Made by a program: the position numbers and the translations under genes
The notes under the pieces: model-generated
Databases searched by the model: none
Told to the model about the DNA's origin: nothing
Seen by the model: only the letters and a program-made list of their open reading frames with translations
In this document: positions 17,891-26,068 of the stretch, one piece after another
Layout: every line of letters starts with the position of its first letter
How positions within the stretch are numbered: the first letter of the stretch is position 1
Assembly (NCBI GenBank): GCA_039801885.1
Contig: JBDRVN010000015.1
Coordinates: forward strand, 1-31,096
Length of the DNA: 31,096 nt
Reading direction: 5' to 3'
DNA from: a candidate division WOR-3 bacterium
GTDB taxonomy: Bacteria > Hydrothermota > Tepidihabitantia > Tepidihabitantales > DTDR01

Positions 17891-18700
17891 TAAAATAGCT
17901 ATTAATCTAATTAATTTTTGGGCTTCAATTATATCTTTTGTTTCGGCAGTAATTATTCTACCTGCTATTCTTTTTACATTAGGTAAAAGAGAGATTATAT
18001 CTGCTTGAATAGTTTCATTAACGGCAATTTCTAAATATATTGGTTCTTTAATTTTATAAACTTCTATTTCATTAATTTTCTTTACTGCCTTACTTGCTTT
18101 TTCTTTTATCTCTTTTAAAGTACTTTTTAATGTTTTGGTGATTGCGGAAAAACGGGAAATTCCATATTTAGTAATTACTGTTTCTATTCCTTTGGAAAAA
18201 TTTTCTTCAATATTTTTAATAAGTTTATCATCACCACTAACAAAAATTAAAGGAACATTAAAATAGCCAGCAATTGCCGCATTTATCATTGCTTCATTTG
18301 CTTTTTTACCATTAATTTTTATCTCATAGATCGTAGAAGAAGCATAAGTATGATCCATCAATGATTTTTCTTCGCCAATCTCACTATGATAACCTAAAAA
18401 GAAAACACCCGAAAAAGTATCATCAATTTTCGCCATCATTCCTAAATCACCAACTCCACCACGAACAAGTAAAACATTTTCCGGTAGTTCTTCAAATAAA
18501 ATATTTATACCGCTCGCATGGGCATCACAAATTAAAACTTCAAAATCTTTGCTATTTAATCCTTCTCCGATCCCTTCTAATAAAGCATTTACTTCATCAG
18601 TAATAATTTTTCTAAATCTTAAAAAATCCTTTTCATATTCCTGCCAAGAAACTGTTCCGGTTATCCCTTCCATATCAACGGAGATATAAAATTTTTTCAT
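17861..18700 (-). CDS. dppA: D-aminopeptidase, peptidase family M55
   Basis: Start re-assigned to ATG 18700 (MKKFYISVDMEG; ATGA overlap with the folE2 stop). Zn ligand motifs SVDMEG, DAH, LGYH, DHTY, NE; VSGDD. Confidence 0.92.
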   Translation of the reverse strand: MKKFYISVDMEGITGTVSWQEYEKDFLRFRKIITDEVNALLEGIGEGLNSKDFEVLICDAHASGINILFEELPENVLLVRGGVGDLGMMAKIDDTFSGVFFLGYHSEIGEEKSLMDHTYASSTIYEIKINGKKANEAMINAAIAGYFNVPLIFVSGDDKLIKNIEENFSKGIETVITKYGISRFSAITKTLKSTLKEIKEKASKAVKKINEIEVYKIKEPIYLEIAVNETIQADIISLLPNVKRIAGRIITAETKDIIEAQKLIRLIAILGRAAREFFR

Positions 18701-19497
18701 ATTCCTTTCCACTCTTCTTTATATTTTTTCTCTTCTTTCTTTTCTAAATAGGCATAGGCATTGTGATTATGGATAGATTCAAAACTTTCACATTCAATTG
18801 AATACCAAGTGATTAAGTGATTACTTTCTAATTTTAAAGCAACATCCCTAACAACATCTTCAACAAATCTCGGATTTTTAAAGGCATTTTCTACAACATA
18901 TTTTTCATCTTCCCTTTTTAATAATGAATAAACTGGTGAAGAGGTTGAGTCTTCAATAAGTTCAATCAAATCTTCTAACCATAAAAATCCCTTAAATTTA
19001 ACCAAAACCTTTAAAATCGCCCTTTGGTTATGGGCACCAACATCGGTTAATTCTTTTGAACAAGGGCAGACAGTTAAACCAGGGATTTTTACACCCATAT
19101 ATAATATTATTTTCTCTTCTAAATTGCCAATAAATTGGCATTGATATTCAACAAGTCCCTTTTCTAAACTTATTGGTGCTTTTTTCTCAATAAAATAGGG
19201 AAATTCTAATTCTAAATGGGCAGAACGGGCATTTAACCTTTCTTTCATCTCTCTTAAAATCTTACCAATATTACTAATGGCAATCTCTCGGTGAAAAGAG
19301 TTTAAAATCTCAATAAATCTTGACATATGGGTAGCACGAAATTCTTTTGGTAGATTAACATACATATTAATTGTTGCTACGGTATGCTGTTTTTTGTGGG
19401 CTTTATCTAAAAGAACTATCGGATATTTTAACCCTTTTATCCCTACCTTATCAATATCAATATTTCTTAAATCCTTTTCATTCTGGATATCTTTCAT
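18697..19497 (-). CDS. folE2: GTP cyclohydrolase IB (FolE2)
   Basis: MKDIQNEKD.R.I.IDKVGI, ATHMSRF, TVCPCSKE, GAHNQR, LLKREDEKYV, NPRFVEDVVR, ESIHNHNAYA. Start re-assigned to ATG 19497. Confidence 0.96.
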   Translation of the reverse strand: MKDIQNEKDLRNIDIDKVGIKGLKYPIVLLDKAHKKQHTVATINMYVNLPKEFRATHMSRFIEILNSFHREIAISNIGKILREMKERLNARSAHLELEFPYFIEKKAPISLEKGLVEYQCQFIGNLEEKIILYMGVKIPGLTVCPCSKELTDVGAHNQRAILKVLVKFKGFLWLEDLIELIEDSTSSPVYSLLKREDEKYVVENAFKNPRFVEDVVRDVALKLESNHLITWYSIECESFESIHNHNAYAYLEKKEEKKYKEEWKGI

Positions 19498-19503
19498 TGA
19501 ATA

Positions 19504-19532
19504 ATTATAGATTGTTAAGATAATAAAGTCAA
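19504..19532 (-). promoter_or_regulatory. sigma70 promoter of folE2-dppA, leaderless (TTGACT-17-TATAAT-6 nt-ATG)
   Basis: -35 at 19532-19527, -10 at 19509-19504, ATG at 19497. Confidence 0.7.
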
Positions 19533-19533
19533 A

Positions 19534-19562
19534 TTGAAATCCCAAAATATTTATCTTAAAAT
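19534..19562 (+). promoter_or_regulatory. sigma70 promoter of the minimal ligase, leaderless (TTGAAA-17-TAAAAT-6 nt-ATG)
   Basis: -35 at 19534-19539, -10 at 19557-19562, ATG at 19569. Confidence 0.65.
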
Positions 19563-19568
19563 TTTTTT

Positions 19569-20144
19569 ATGGAAATACTTGGTCCAATTTGGCTTATGCA
19601 ACCAATTCCTTATTTTGGTGAAGAGATAAAAGGCGATTGGATTTATGAGCCAAAGATTGATGGTTGGCGATTACAGGTGATTATCTATCAAGATGGCAAA
19701 ATTGAATTCTGGGGAAGAAGATTAGAAAAAAACCCTAATTGGACAGAAAAGTTAAGTTATTTAAAAGAGTATTTGAAAGATATTGAAAAAGGAACTTTAT
19801 TAGATTGTGAATTATATACTAATGAAGGTAGAAATAAAATCCCTTCCCTTTTTACTAAAAAATTTATTTGCCAACCAATTATCTATGTATTTGATATTGT
19901 CTTTTATCAAAATAGATTTGTTGGCAATTTAACTTTAAGAGAACGTAAGGAAATTCTGAGAAATCTAAAATTAAAAAAGCCCTTTTATCTTTTAATGGGA
20001 GAAGAATTAAAAGATATAAAAGAAGCCTATGAAAAGGCAATTAAAGAAGGAAACGAAGGGATAATAATCAAAAATCTATCTTCTTATTATCAAATCTCAA
20101 AAGATGGACCAATTGCCACGGAAAATTGGCGGAAAATAAAATAG
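19569..20144 (+). CDS. ATP-dependent polynucleotide ligase, stand-alone adenylation (nucleotidyltransferase) domain
   Basis: Motif I YEPKIDGWR, Ia WGRR, III LDCEL, IIIa YVFDIV, ERKEIL, IV EGIIIK, V WRKIK, then a stop. No OB-fold or N-terminal DNA-binding domain. Confidence 0.85.
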   Translation: MEILGPIWLMQPIPYFGEEIKGDWIYEPKIDGWRLQVIIYQDGKIEFWGRRLEKNPNWTEKLSYLKEYLKDIEKGTLLDCELYTNEGRNKIPSLFTKKFICQPIIYVFDIVFYQNRFVGNLTLRERKEILRNLKLKKPFYLLMGEELKDIKEAYEKAIKEGNEGIIIKNLSSYYQISKDGPIATENWRKIK

Positions 20145-20577
20145 TCTTTATCCAAAAGGATAATTGGTTCTGAAAAATAATATAAAAAAATTATAAACTA
20201 AAATACTTAATCAATTTCTTAATTATCTTTATACGCTATTATACTTTTTCTTATTATCTTTTTATGACTATTAAAGACCAGATTCTATACTATCTCCTAT
20301 ACTGCTCCCTTTTTAATAGAAAGTAAAATCCCCTTGTCTTATTAAGATAGATTTTAGAAAATATATAAAAGGGATATTTATTTAGTTATTAAAGAAAGAA
20401 AATAAACCGCGTTAAGCACCTCCTTTTTAGGTTTATTTTTCAATAAATCTTTCTTTCTCAAACCTTCAATATTTGATAATAACTTTATCTTATGATATTT
20501 AACTATTTGATAAGGTTGCTTCTTTTTATAATATCTTTCTTTAAACTTATTTTCTCCCATATATATAATACGAAAAA

Positions 20578-20605
20578 GAAGGGTAAAAGGTTACCACCTT
20601 TTTTT
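20578..20605 (+). terminator. Putative intrinsic terminator
   Basis: GGTAA-AAGG-TTACC hairpin (20582-20595), extendable with bulges, followed by T7 (20599-20605), just upstream of the next promoter. Confidence 0.4.
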
Positions 20606-20635
20606 ATTATAAGAAACTTACTTAATTACTATTTT

Positions 20636-20664
20636 TTGACAGGGTTATAGATATTTAATATAAT
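20636..20664 (+). promoter_or_regulatory. Consensus sigma70 promoter, leaderless (TTGACA-17-TATAAT-5 nt-ATG20670)
   Basis: Perfect -35/-10 with 17-nt spacing and no room for an SD. Confidence 0.8.
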
Positions 20665-20669
20665 TTTAA

Positions 20670-21590
20670 ATGGTAAAACCAAAGATTATTATTAGCAGGT
20701 GTTTTTTAGAACCGGTAAGATATAATGGTGAAATAGTAAAAGATTTTTTTATTGAGAAACTTAAAGATTATGTTGATTTTTTTGATATTTGTCCGGAAGT
20801 GGAGATTGGTTTAGGAGTTCCCCGACCAAGAATAATAATTATTAAAGAAGATAACTATAAAAGATTATTCCAACCAGAGACAGAAAGAGATTTAACAGAA
20901 AAAATGGAAAAGTATATTCAAGAAAAATTAAATAGTTTAGAGGATTTTGATGGTTTCATTTTGAAAAGTAAATCCCCATCTTGTGGAGTTGGTTCAGCAA
21001 AGTTTCATAGTGAAGATGGTAGAAGAATAATCGGTCGGGGATATGGATTTTTTGCCGAAGGAATAAGAAAAATGTTTCCCTATTTACCGTTAGAAGATGA
21101 AGGAAGATTGAGAAATCCGGAAATAAAGAAGCATTTCTTAATAAGAATATTTGCCTTTGCTGAGATTAGAGATTTGGCTAAAAATCCCACTGCTAAAGGA
21201 TTGGTAGATTTTCAAACTAAGTATAAATATCTTTTGATGACCTATAGCCAAAAACATCTTAAACAATTGGGTCAAATTGTTGCTGATGGAAAATTAAATT
21301 TACAAGAGAAGATTAAGCAATATAAAGAAATTTTTTATCAAGCCTTTCAAAGAAAACCTTCAAAGGGAAGAGAGATAAATACATTAAGACATATTATTGG
21401 TCATCTAAGTTCCCAATTAAATAAGAATGAGAAAAGACATTTGGAAAATTTGTTAAATAAATACGAAAAGGGTTTTTTAGAATTAAGGGTAATTTTAGAA
21501 TTGATAAGAAATTTTGCCTATCGGTTTGACACTAAATATCTTCTTTTACAAAAATATTTAAATCCCTATCCGGAAGATTTAGGTGTATAA
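20670..21590 (+). CDS. rudS: DUF523 (TudS thiouracil desulfidase) - DUF1722 (YbgA) fusion; RudS-like tRNA 4-thiouridine desulfidase
   Basis: Fe-S Cys motifs ISRC..VRYNG, CPEVEIGLGVPR, LKSKSPSCG; G.GFFA; EDEGRL; C-terminal DUF1722 LVDFQTKYKYLLM..NTLRHIIG..YLLLQKYLNPYP. Confidence 0.85.
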   Translation: MVKPKIIISRCFLEPVRYNGEIVKDFFIEKLKDYVDFFDICPEVEIGLGVPRPRIIIIKEDNYKRLFQPETERDLTEKMEKYIQEKLNSLEDFDGFILKSKSPSCGVGSAKFHSEDGRRIIGRGYGFFAEGIRKMFPYLPLEDEGRLRNPEIKKHFLIRIFAFAEIRDLAKNPTAKGLVDFQTKYKYLLMTYSQKHLKQLGQIVADGKLNLQEKIKQYKEIFYQAFQRKPSKGREINTLRHIIGHLSSQLNKNEKRHLENLLNKYEKGFLELRVILELIRNFAYRFDTKYLLLQKYLNPYPEDLGV

Positions 21591-22902
21591 AAGGGTTATT
21601 TTCTGGTTTAAAAGAGATTTAAGGATTGATGATAATGAAGGATTTTATTATGCCTGTAAAAATTCATTAGAGGTTATACCAGTTTTTATTTTTATACCGG
21701 AGTTATTAGAAAATTTTAAAAGTTATGGGAAAAGATTGGGATTTGTGATTGAATGTGTAAAATATTTAGATAGCGAATTAAGAGATATAAAGGGAAAACT
21801 TTTTTGTTATTATGACTCGCCCGAAAAGGTTTTTGATTATTTAATTAAAAAATACCAACCAGAAGCGATATTTACTAATGAAGCCTTTTCTTATACGGGT
21901 AAAGAGATCGAAGAGAAAGTAAAAAAAATTTCTTTAGACAAGAAAATTGCCTTTTATACTTTTTTGAACAACTTTTTATGTGATATTAGAAAGATTCCTT
22001 ATAAAAAAGTCTTTACTCACTTTTTTAAATATTGGCAGGCAAATCTTAATTTAAAGATCTATCAACCACCAGAAAAAATCAAAGTACCCTTAATTAAAGA
22101 GACAACTATTAAAGATATATTACCAAAACTAAATTATCAGCCTAATAGTTATTGGCGGATTTGTTTTATATTTAAACGGATAAAGAAATTTGATTATCTA
22201 AATTATGATGAACTTCGTAACCGATTAGATATTGATGGTACTTCTCGTTTTTCTCCTTATATTCGTTTTGGAGTAATCTCTTTAAGAAAAATATACAAAG
22301 AGGCTTTTAAAAAGGCAAAAAACTCTCAATTTATCAAAGAACTATCTTGGCGAGAATTTTGGTATCATATTAAAAATTATTTTCCCGAATTTAAAGATAA
22401 AGAATTTCAAGAAAGAAGAAGGAATATTAAATGGGAGAATAATGAGAAATTTATCAAAGCCTTTATTGAAGGAAAAACCGGTTATCCGATAATTGATGCG
22501 GCGATTAGACAACTAAAAGAAGAGAACTGGCTTCACAATCGGGCAAGGATGATATTGGCTTCCTTTTTAACAAAAGATTTATTAGTAGATTGGCGGATTG
22601 GTGAAGAGTTTTTAAAAGAGTATTTAATAGACTATGACGAAGTAGTAAATATTGGTAATTGGCAGTGGAATGCTTCAGTTGGTCCGGACCCAAAACCTTT
22701 AAGAATTTTTAACCCAATTATCCAAGCAAGAAAATTTGACCCAGAAGCAAAATATATAAAGAAATATTTACCGGAATTAAAAGACCTACCTGCTTATATG
22801 CTTTTTGATCCACTAACCTACAAACTTCCTTATTATCAACCGATTGTTAATCATTACGAAAGAATAAAATTGATAAGAGAAATATATCTTAAAAAATCTT
22901 AA
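21583..22902 (+). CDS. phrB: Deoxyribodipyrimidine photolyase (class I CPD photolyase/cryptochrome family)
   Basis: WFKRDLRIDDN, GTSRFSPYIRFG, ELSWREF, GKTGYPIIDAAIRQL, WLHNRARMILASFL, DWRIGE, LIDYD..NIGNWQW, RIFNPIIQARKFDP. GTG start overlaps the upstream stop. Confidence 0.95.
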   Translation: MYKRVIFWFKRDLRIDDNEGFYYACKNSLEVIPVFIFIPELLENFKSYGKRLGFVIECVKYLDSELRDIKGKLFCYYDSPEKVFDYLIKKYQPEAIFTNEAFSYTGKEIEEKVKKISLDKKIAFYTFLNNFLCDIRKIPYKKVFTHFFKYWQANLNLKIYQPPEKIKVPLIKETTIKDILPKLNYQPNSYWRICFIFKRIKKFDYLNYDELRNRLDIDGTSRFSPYIRFGVISLRKIYKEAFKKAKNSQFIKELSWREFWYHIKNYFPEFKDKEFQERRRNIKWENNEKFIKAFIEGKTGYPIIDAAIRQLKEENWLHNRARMILASFLTKDLLVDWRIGEEFLKEYLIDYDEVVNIGNWQWNASVGPDPKPLRIFNPIIQARKFDPEAKYIKKYLPELKDLPAYMLFDPLTYKLPYYQPIVNHYERIKLIREIYLKKS

Positions 22903-23397
22903 ATGGCAAAGATTAAAAAAAGAATTACTTACCAAGAAGCAGAGAAAATGGTAAAAGTTATTGAAGATAGATTGAAAGATATCAAATTTGGAATTTATGG
23001 CTCTTATATTAGAAAGGAAGAGACAATCGGTGATTTTGATATACTCGTTAAAGAAGAAGATTTAGAGAAAGTAAAAGAAATATTAAAAGATTTGCCATTT
23101 TATGAAAGGATAGAATTCTATTCCTTGCCGAAAGATTATTATGATGCTTGGGAAAGTTTTGCCTTATATTTAATTGGTAGTGGTAAGTTTAATATCTGGT
23201 TAAGAAGTATTGCCAAAAGAAAAGGTTATCTTTTAAACCAATACGGACTTTTTAAAAGGGAAAATGGCGAAAGGGTTAGTAGCAAAGAGAAAGAGATATT
23301 CCAAATCTTAAATATTGAATTTATCCCCTATGAGAAAAGAAAAGAGATCTACGAAAAGGAATGGGAAAATTATTTAAAAACTAAACAAAAAGATTAA
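22903..23397 (+). CDS. Minimal family X DNA polymerase-like protein (palm + C-terminal subdomain only), 164 aa
   Basis: GSYIRKEETIGDFDILV (GS..R...GD.D), RIEFY at the third-carboxylate strand, FALYLIGSGKFNIWLR, GYLLNQYGLF, EKEIFQILNIEFIPYEKR. Starts immediately after the phrB stop (TAA ATG). Confidence 0.85.
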   Translation: MAKIKKRITYQEAEKMVKVIEDRLKDIKFGIYGSYIRKEETIGDFDILVKEEDLEKVKEILKDLPFYERIEFYSLPKDYYDAWESFALYLIGSGKFNIWLRSIAKRKGYLLNQYGLFKRENGERVSSKEKEIFQILNIEFIPYEKRKEIYEKEWENYLKTKQKD

Positions 23398-25986
23398 CTA
23401 CTTTCCAACAATTATTTTCCATCTTTCTTTATTAATATTGACAAAATAAATACCAGTGCCAATCTGCGAAAGAGGAATATTTATATTATTTTCGTTTGGT
23501 TTTACTTTTATCTTTTTTATCATTTTGCCGGTGATGTCATAAATCTTTATCTCTTCTATCTTTTGGGATAGATTGATATTTAGATAGTTATTAGTAATAC
23601 GGAGAAAGGTTTTAATTTTCTTATTCTCATAAGTAATATCTTCTTTTATCTGTGAGTATTGAGTAAGTTTTCCCCAAATCCGTTCGGTAAATATTTCTCT
23701 TTGGTTTAAAGAATCAACCCAACCCGAATACAAAATTAATAGTTGATAATCATTACCTTTAATTAAAGCCGAATAATCTTGTTTTCCTCTTTGGAGAACG
23801 GCTGGAAAAGTATCGAGAGCTCTTCCTTCCGGACTTATTTTGATACCATATATATCATTTTGATAGTTAAAAAGAAGGATGTAATTTCTGCCATCAAAAG
23901 CAAGAGAATGCTCAATCCAATAGTAATCTTCGCTACTAAAGATAAGAAACCCATTTGGTTCAATAACATTACCATTTTGTGATATCCGAGCACCATAAAG
24001 AGACACACTTGGATAACTATACTCGCGCCAGACAACAAAATAATTTGTGCCATCAAAAGCCACCTTTGGGTTCCATTTATAACTTGCGCTTAGGCGAATT
24101 GGAATGCCAAAAGTATCTAAGAGAATACCAGTTTGGGTAATTCTTGCTCCGTAAATATCACTATATTCTCCATTTCGATAATCAGTCCAAGCAACAAAAT
24201 AGTAATTGCCACCAAAGATAATTGCTGGAGAGAATTGAAAACTGGCTTCGGTGCAAATTGGTATTATGTCAAGAATAACACCATTCGGTGTAACTTTTGC
24301 TCCATAAATATCTATTTCTCCGGTCATTCCTTCTTCCCAGACAACAAGATAATTATTACCATCAAAAGCAACATCGGGAGAAGTTTGGTCAGAGGAGGCG
24401 CTTCTTATCGGAATACCGTTTGGTTCAAGCACAACCCCTTCTCTTGAAACCCTTGTGCCATAAATATCCCAGTCAAAACCGCTACGATAATCCTGCCAGA
24501 CAACTAAATAATTGTTACCGTCAAAAGCCGCTTTTGGATATAATTGGAGATTTTCGGCATTACTTATTTCAATATTATTGGTATCTAGAATTATACCGGT
24601 TGAGGAAATTCTTCTTCCTATAATATCGGAATAATTGCCACGAAAATCTGTCCACAAAGCAAGATAATTGTTGCCGTCAAAACTAACTGCGGGATAAGTT
24701 TGCCAGTTTATTCCCAAAGAGATTAAAATATTATTGGTGTCAATCAAACTACCATTAAATGATACTCTTGCTCCATAAATATCAGAAATCCCTCCATTCT
24801 GATAATCAGTCCAGACGATAAAATAATTATTACTGTCAAAAGCAGTAGCAACTGACCATTGAGTATTGGGAAAAGTAGAAATGGCAATTCCAAAGGGTTC
24901 AAGAACATTGCTATTTGTTGTTACTCTGGTGCCAAAAATATCGCCATCCCAACTATAACGATAATCTTCCCAAGCAACAAAATAATAACCACCACCATAA
25001 GTTATTTTAGGATAACATTGGTCAGCAGTAATAATTGAAATAGGAACACCATTTGGGTCAAGGACAACCCCCTCTTGGCTAACTCTCGCGCCATAGATAT
25101 TTCCATCATTTCCGTGACGCCAATCTTCCCAGACAACAAAATAGTTATTACCATCAAAAGCAACCGCCGGAGAAGATTGCCAATTTCTGGCACCAGAAAT
25201 AAGAATACTGTTAGGATCTAAAACAATTCCTTCTGGAGTTACTCTTGCACCGTAAATATCTCCTTCTTGCGACCAGACAACTAAATAATTCTCACCACCA
25301 AAGATAACTGAAGGTTCTTCAATAATTTCTCCAACAGGAGAGATTCGGATTCCATTGGTATCAATAAGAATTCCTTCTTGATTAATTCTTGCTCCCCAAA
25401 TCCCATTACGAAAATCGTCTTCCCAGACAACAAAATAGTTATTGCCATCAAAAGCAACTGCCGGAGAATATTGAGCATTCTCTTCGGTACAAATGGGAAT
25501 ACCATTAGGATCTAAAACAACTCCTTCGGGAGTTATTCTGGCACCATAAATATCCCAATTTCCATTTCGGTTATCTTCCCAGACAACAAAATAATTATTA
25601 CCGCCAAAAACAATTGCCGGATAATATTGAGAACCTTCGGCAATTGAAATAGGAATACCAACGGTGTCCAAAGTAATACCATCAGGTGTCATACGGCTTC
25701 CGTAAAGATTAGCACCATTTCGATAATCTTCCCAGACAACAAGATAATTATTACCATCAAAAGCAATTTCTGGAAACTCTTGATCATTGGCTGCCGTAGA
25801 ATAAGAAATAGTAGAATCAATTATAAATTCTCCTTGCGAGAAATTTTGATATCTATTCTCTTTTATTCTTTCTATCAGTTTTCTTCTTCTTAATTGAGAC
25901 CTGTTTAGGAGCTCCTTTCTTTTTTGAGAAATTTCTAAACTAAAACCAAAAAGAAAAATAAAAGTTAACAATAATATCCTTTTCAT
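23398..25986 (-). CDS. Secreted ~14-repeat beta-propeller-like protein with T9SS-type C-terminal sorting domain
   Basis: Signal peptide and AGGAGG SD. About 50-aa repeats QxxPxVAFDGxNYxVVWxDxR..DIYGARVxxxGxVLDxxGIxI (13 clear, 1 degenerate). CTD IKIYDITGKMIK...GTGIYFVNI...KIIV. Confidence 0.85.
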   Translation of the reverse strand: MKRILLLTFIFLFGFSLEISQKRKELLNRSQLRRRKLIERIKENRYQNFSQGEFIIDSTISYSTAANDQEFPEIAFDGNNYLVVWEDYRNGANLYGSRMTPDGITLDTVGIPISIAEGSQYYPAIVFGGNNYFVVWEDNRNGNWDIYGARITPEGVVLDPNGIPICTEENAQYSPAVAFDGNNYFVVWEDDFRNGIWGARINQEGILIDTNGIRISPVGEIIEEPSVIFGGENYLVVWSQEGDIYGARVTPEGIVLDPNSILISGARNWQSSPAVAFDGNNYFVVWEDWRHGNDGNIYGARVSQEGVVLDPNGVPISIITADQCYPKITYGGGYYFVAWEDYRYSWDGDIFGTRVTTNSNVLEPFGIAISTFPNTQWSVATAFDSNNYFIVWTDYQNGGISDIYGARVSFNGSLIDTNNILISLGINWQTYPAVSFDGNNYLALWTDFRGNYSDIIGRRISSTGIILDTNNIEISNAENLQLYPKAAFDGNNYLVVWQDYRSGFDWDIYGTRVSREGVVLEPNGIPIRSASSDQTSPDVAFDGNNYLVVWEEGMTGEIDIYGAKVTPNGVILDIIPICTEASFQFSPAIIFGGNYYFVAWTDYRNGEYSDIYGARITQTGILLDTFGIPIRLSASYKWNPKVAFDGTNYFVVWREYSYPSVSLYGARISQNGNVIEPNGFLIFSSEDYYWIEHSLAFDGRNYILLFNYQNDIYGIKISPEGRALDTFPAVLQRGKQDYSALIKGNDYQLLILYSGWVDSLNQREIFTERIWGKLTQYSQIKEDITYENKKIKTFLRITNNYLNINLSQKIEEIKIYDITGKMIKKIKVKPNENNINIPLSQIGTGIYFVNINKERWKIIVGK

Positions 25987-26004
25987 ATTTCCTCCTTTCC
26001 AAAA

Positions 26005-26063
26005 ATATTATATAAAAAAAATTAAAAAGTCAATATTGATAATTTTTTAAATTTAGGTATCTT
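26005..26063. promoter_or_regulatory. Back-to-back divergent sigma70 promoters
   Basis: Minus strand: TTGACT(26033-26028)-17-TAATAT(26010-26005), leadered with AGGAGG. Plus strand: TTGATA(26036-26041)-16-TATCTT(26058-26063)-5 nt-ATG26069. Confidence 0.55.
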
Positions 26064-26068
26064 TTTCT

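Noticed and set aside
20417-20425. CACCTCCTT resembling the 16S rRNA 3' end
   Set aside because: Only 9 nt match and the flanks are AT-rich with no rRNA sequence; better read as a minus-strand SD.
20378-20560. 60-aa minus-strand ORF
   Set aside because: Low-complexity Lys-rich translation of AT-rich DNA with no SD or convincing promoter; not called as a CDS.
23800-25800. Recurring DNA repeats as a CRISPR array or a DGR template/variable pair
   Set aside because: The repeats are degenerate, codon-phased and ~150 bp in period inside one ORF; no cas or reverse transcriptase gene is present and no adenine-specific pair was noticed.
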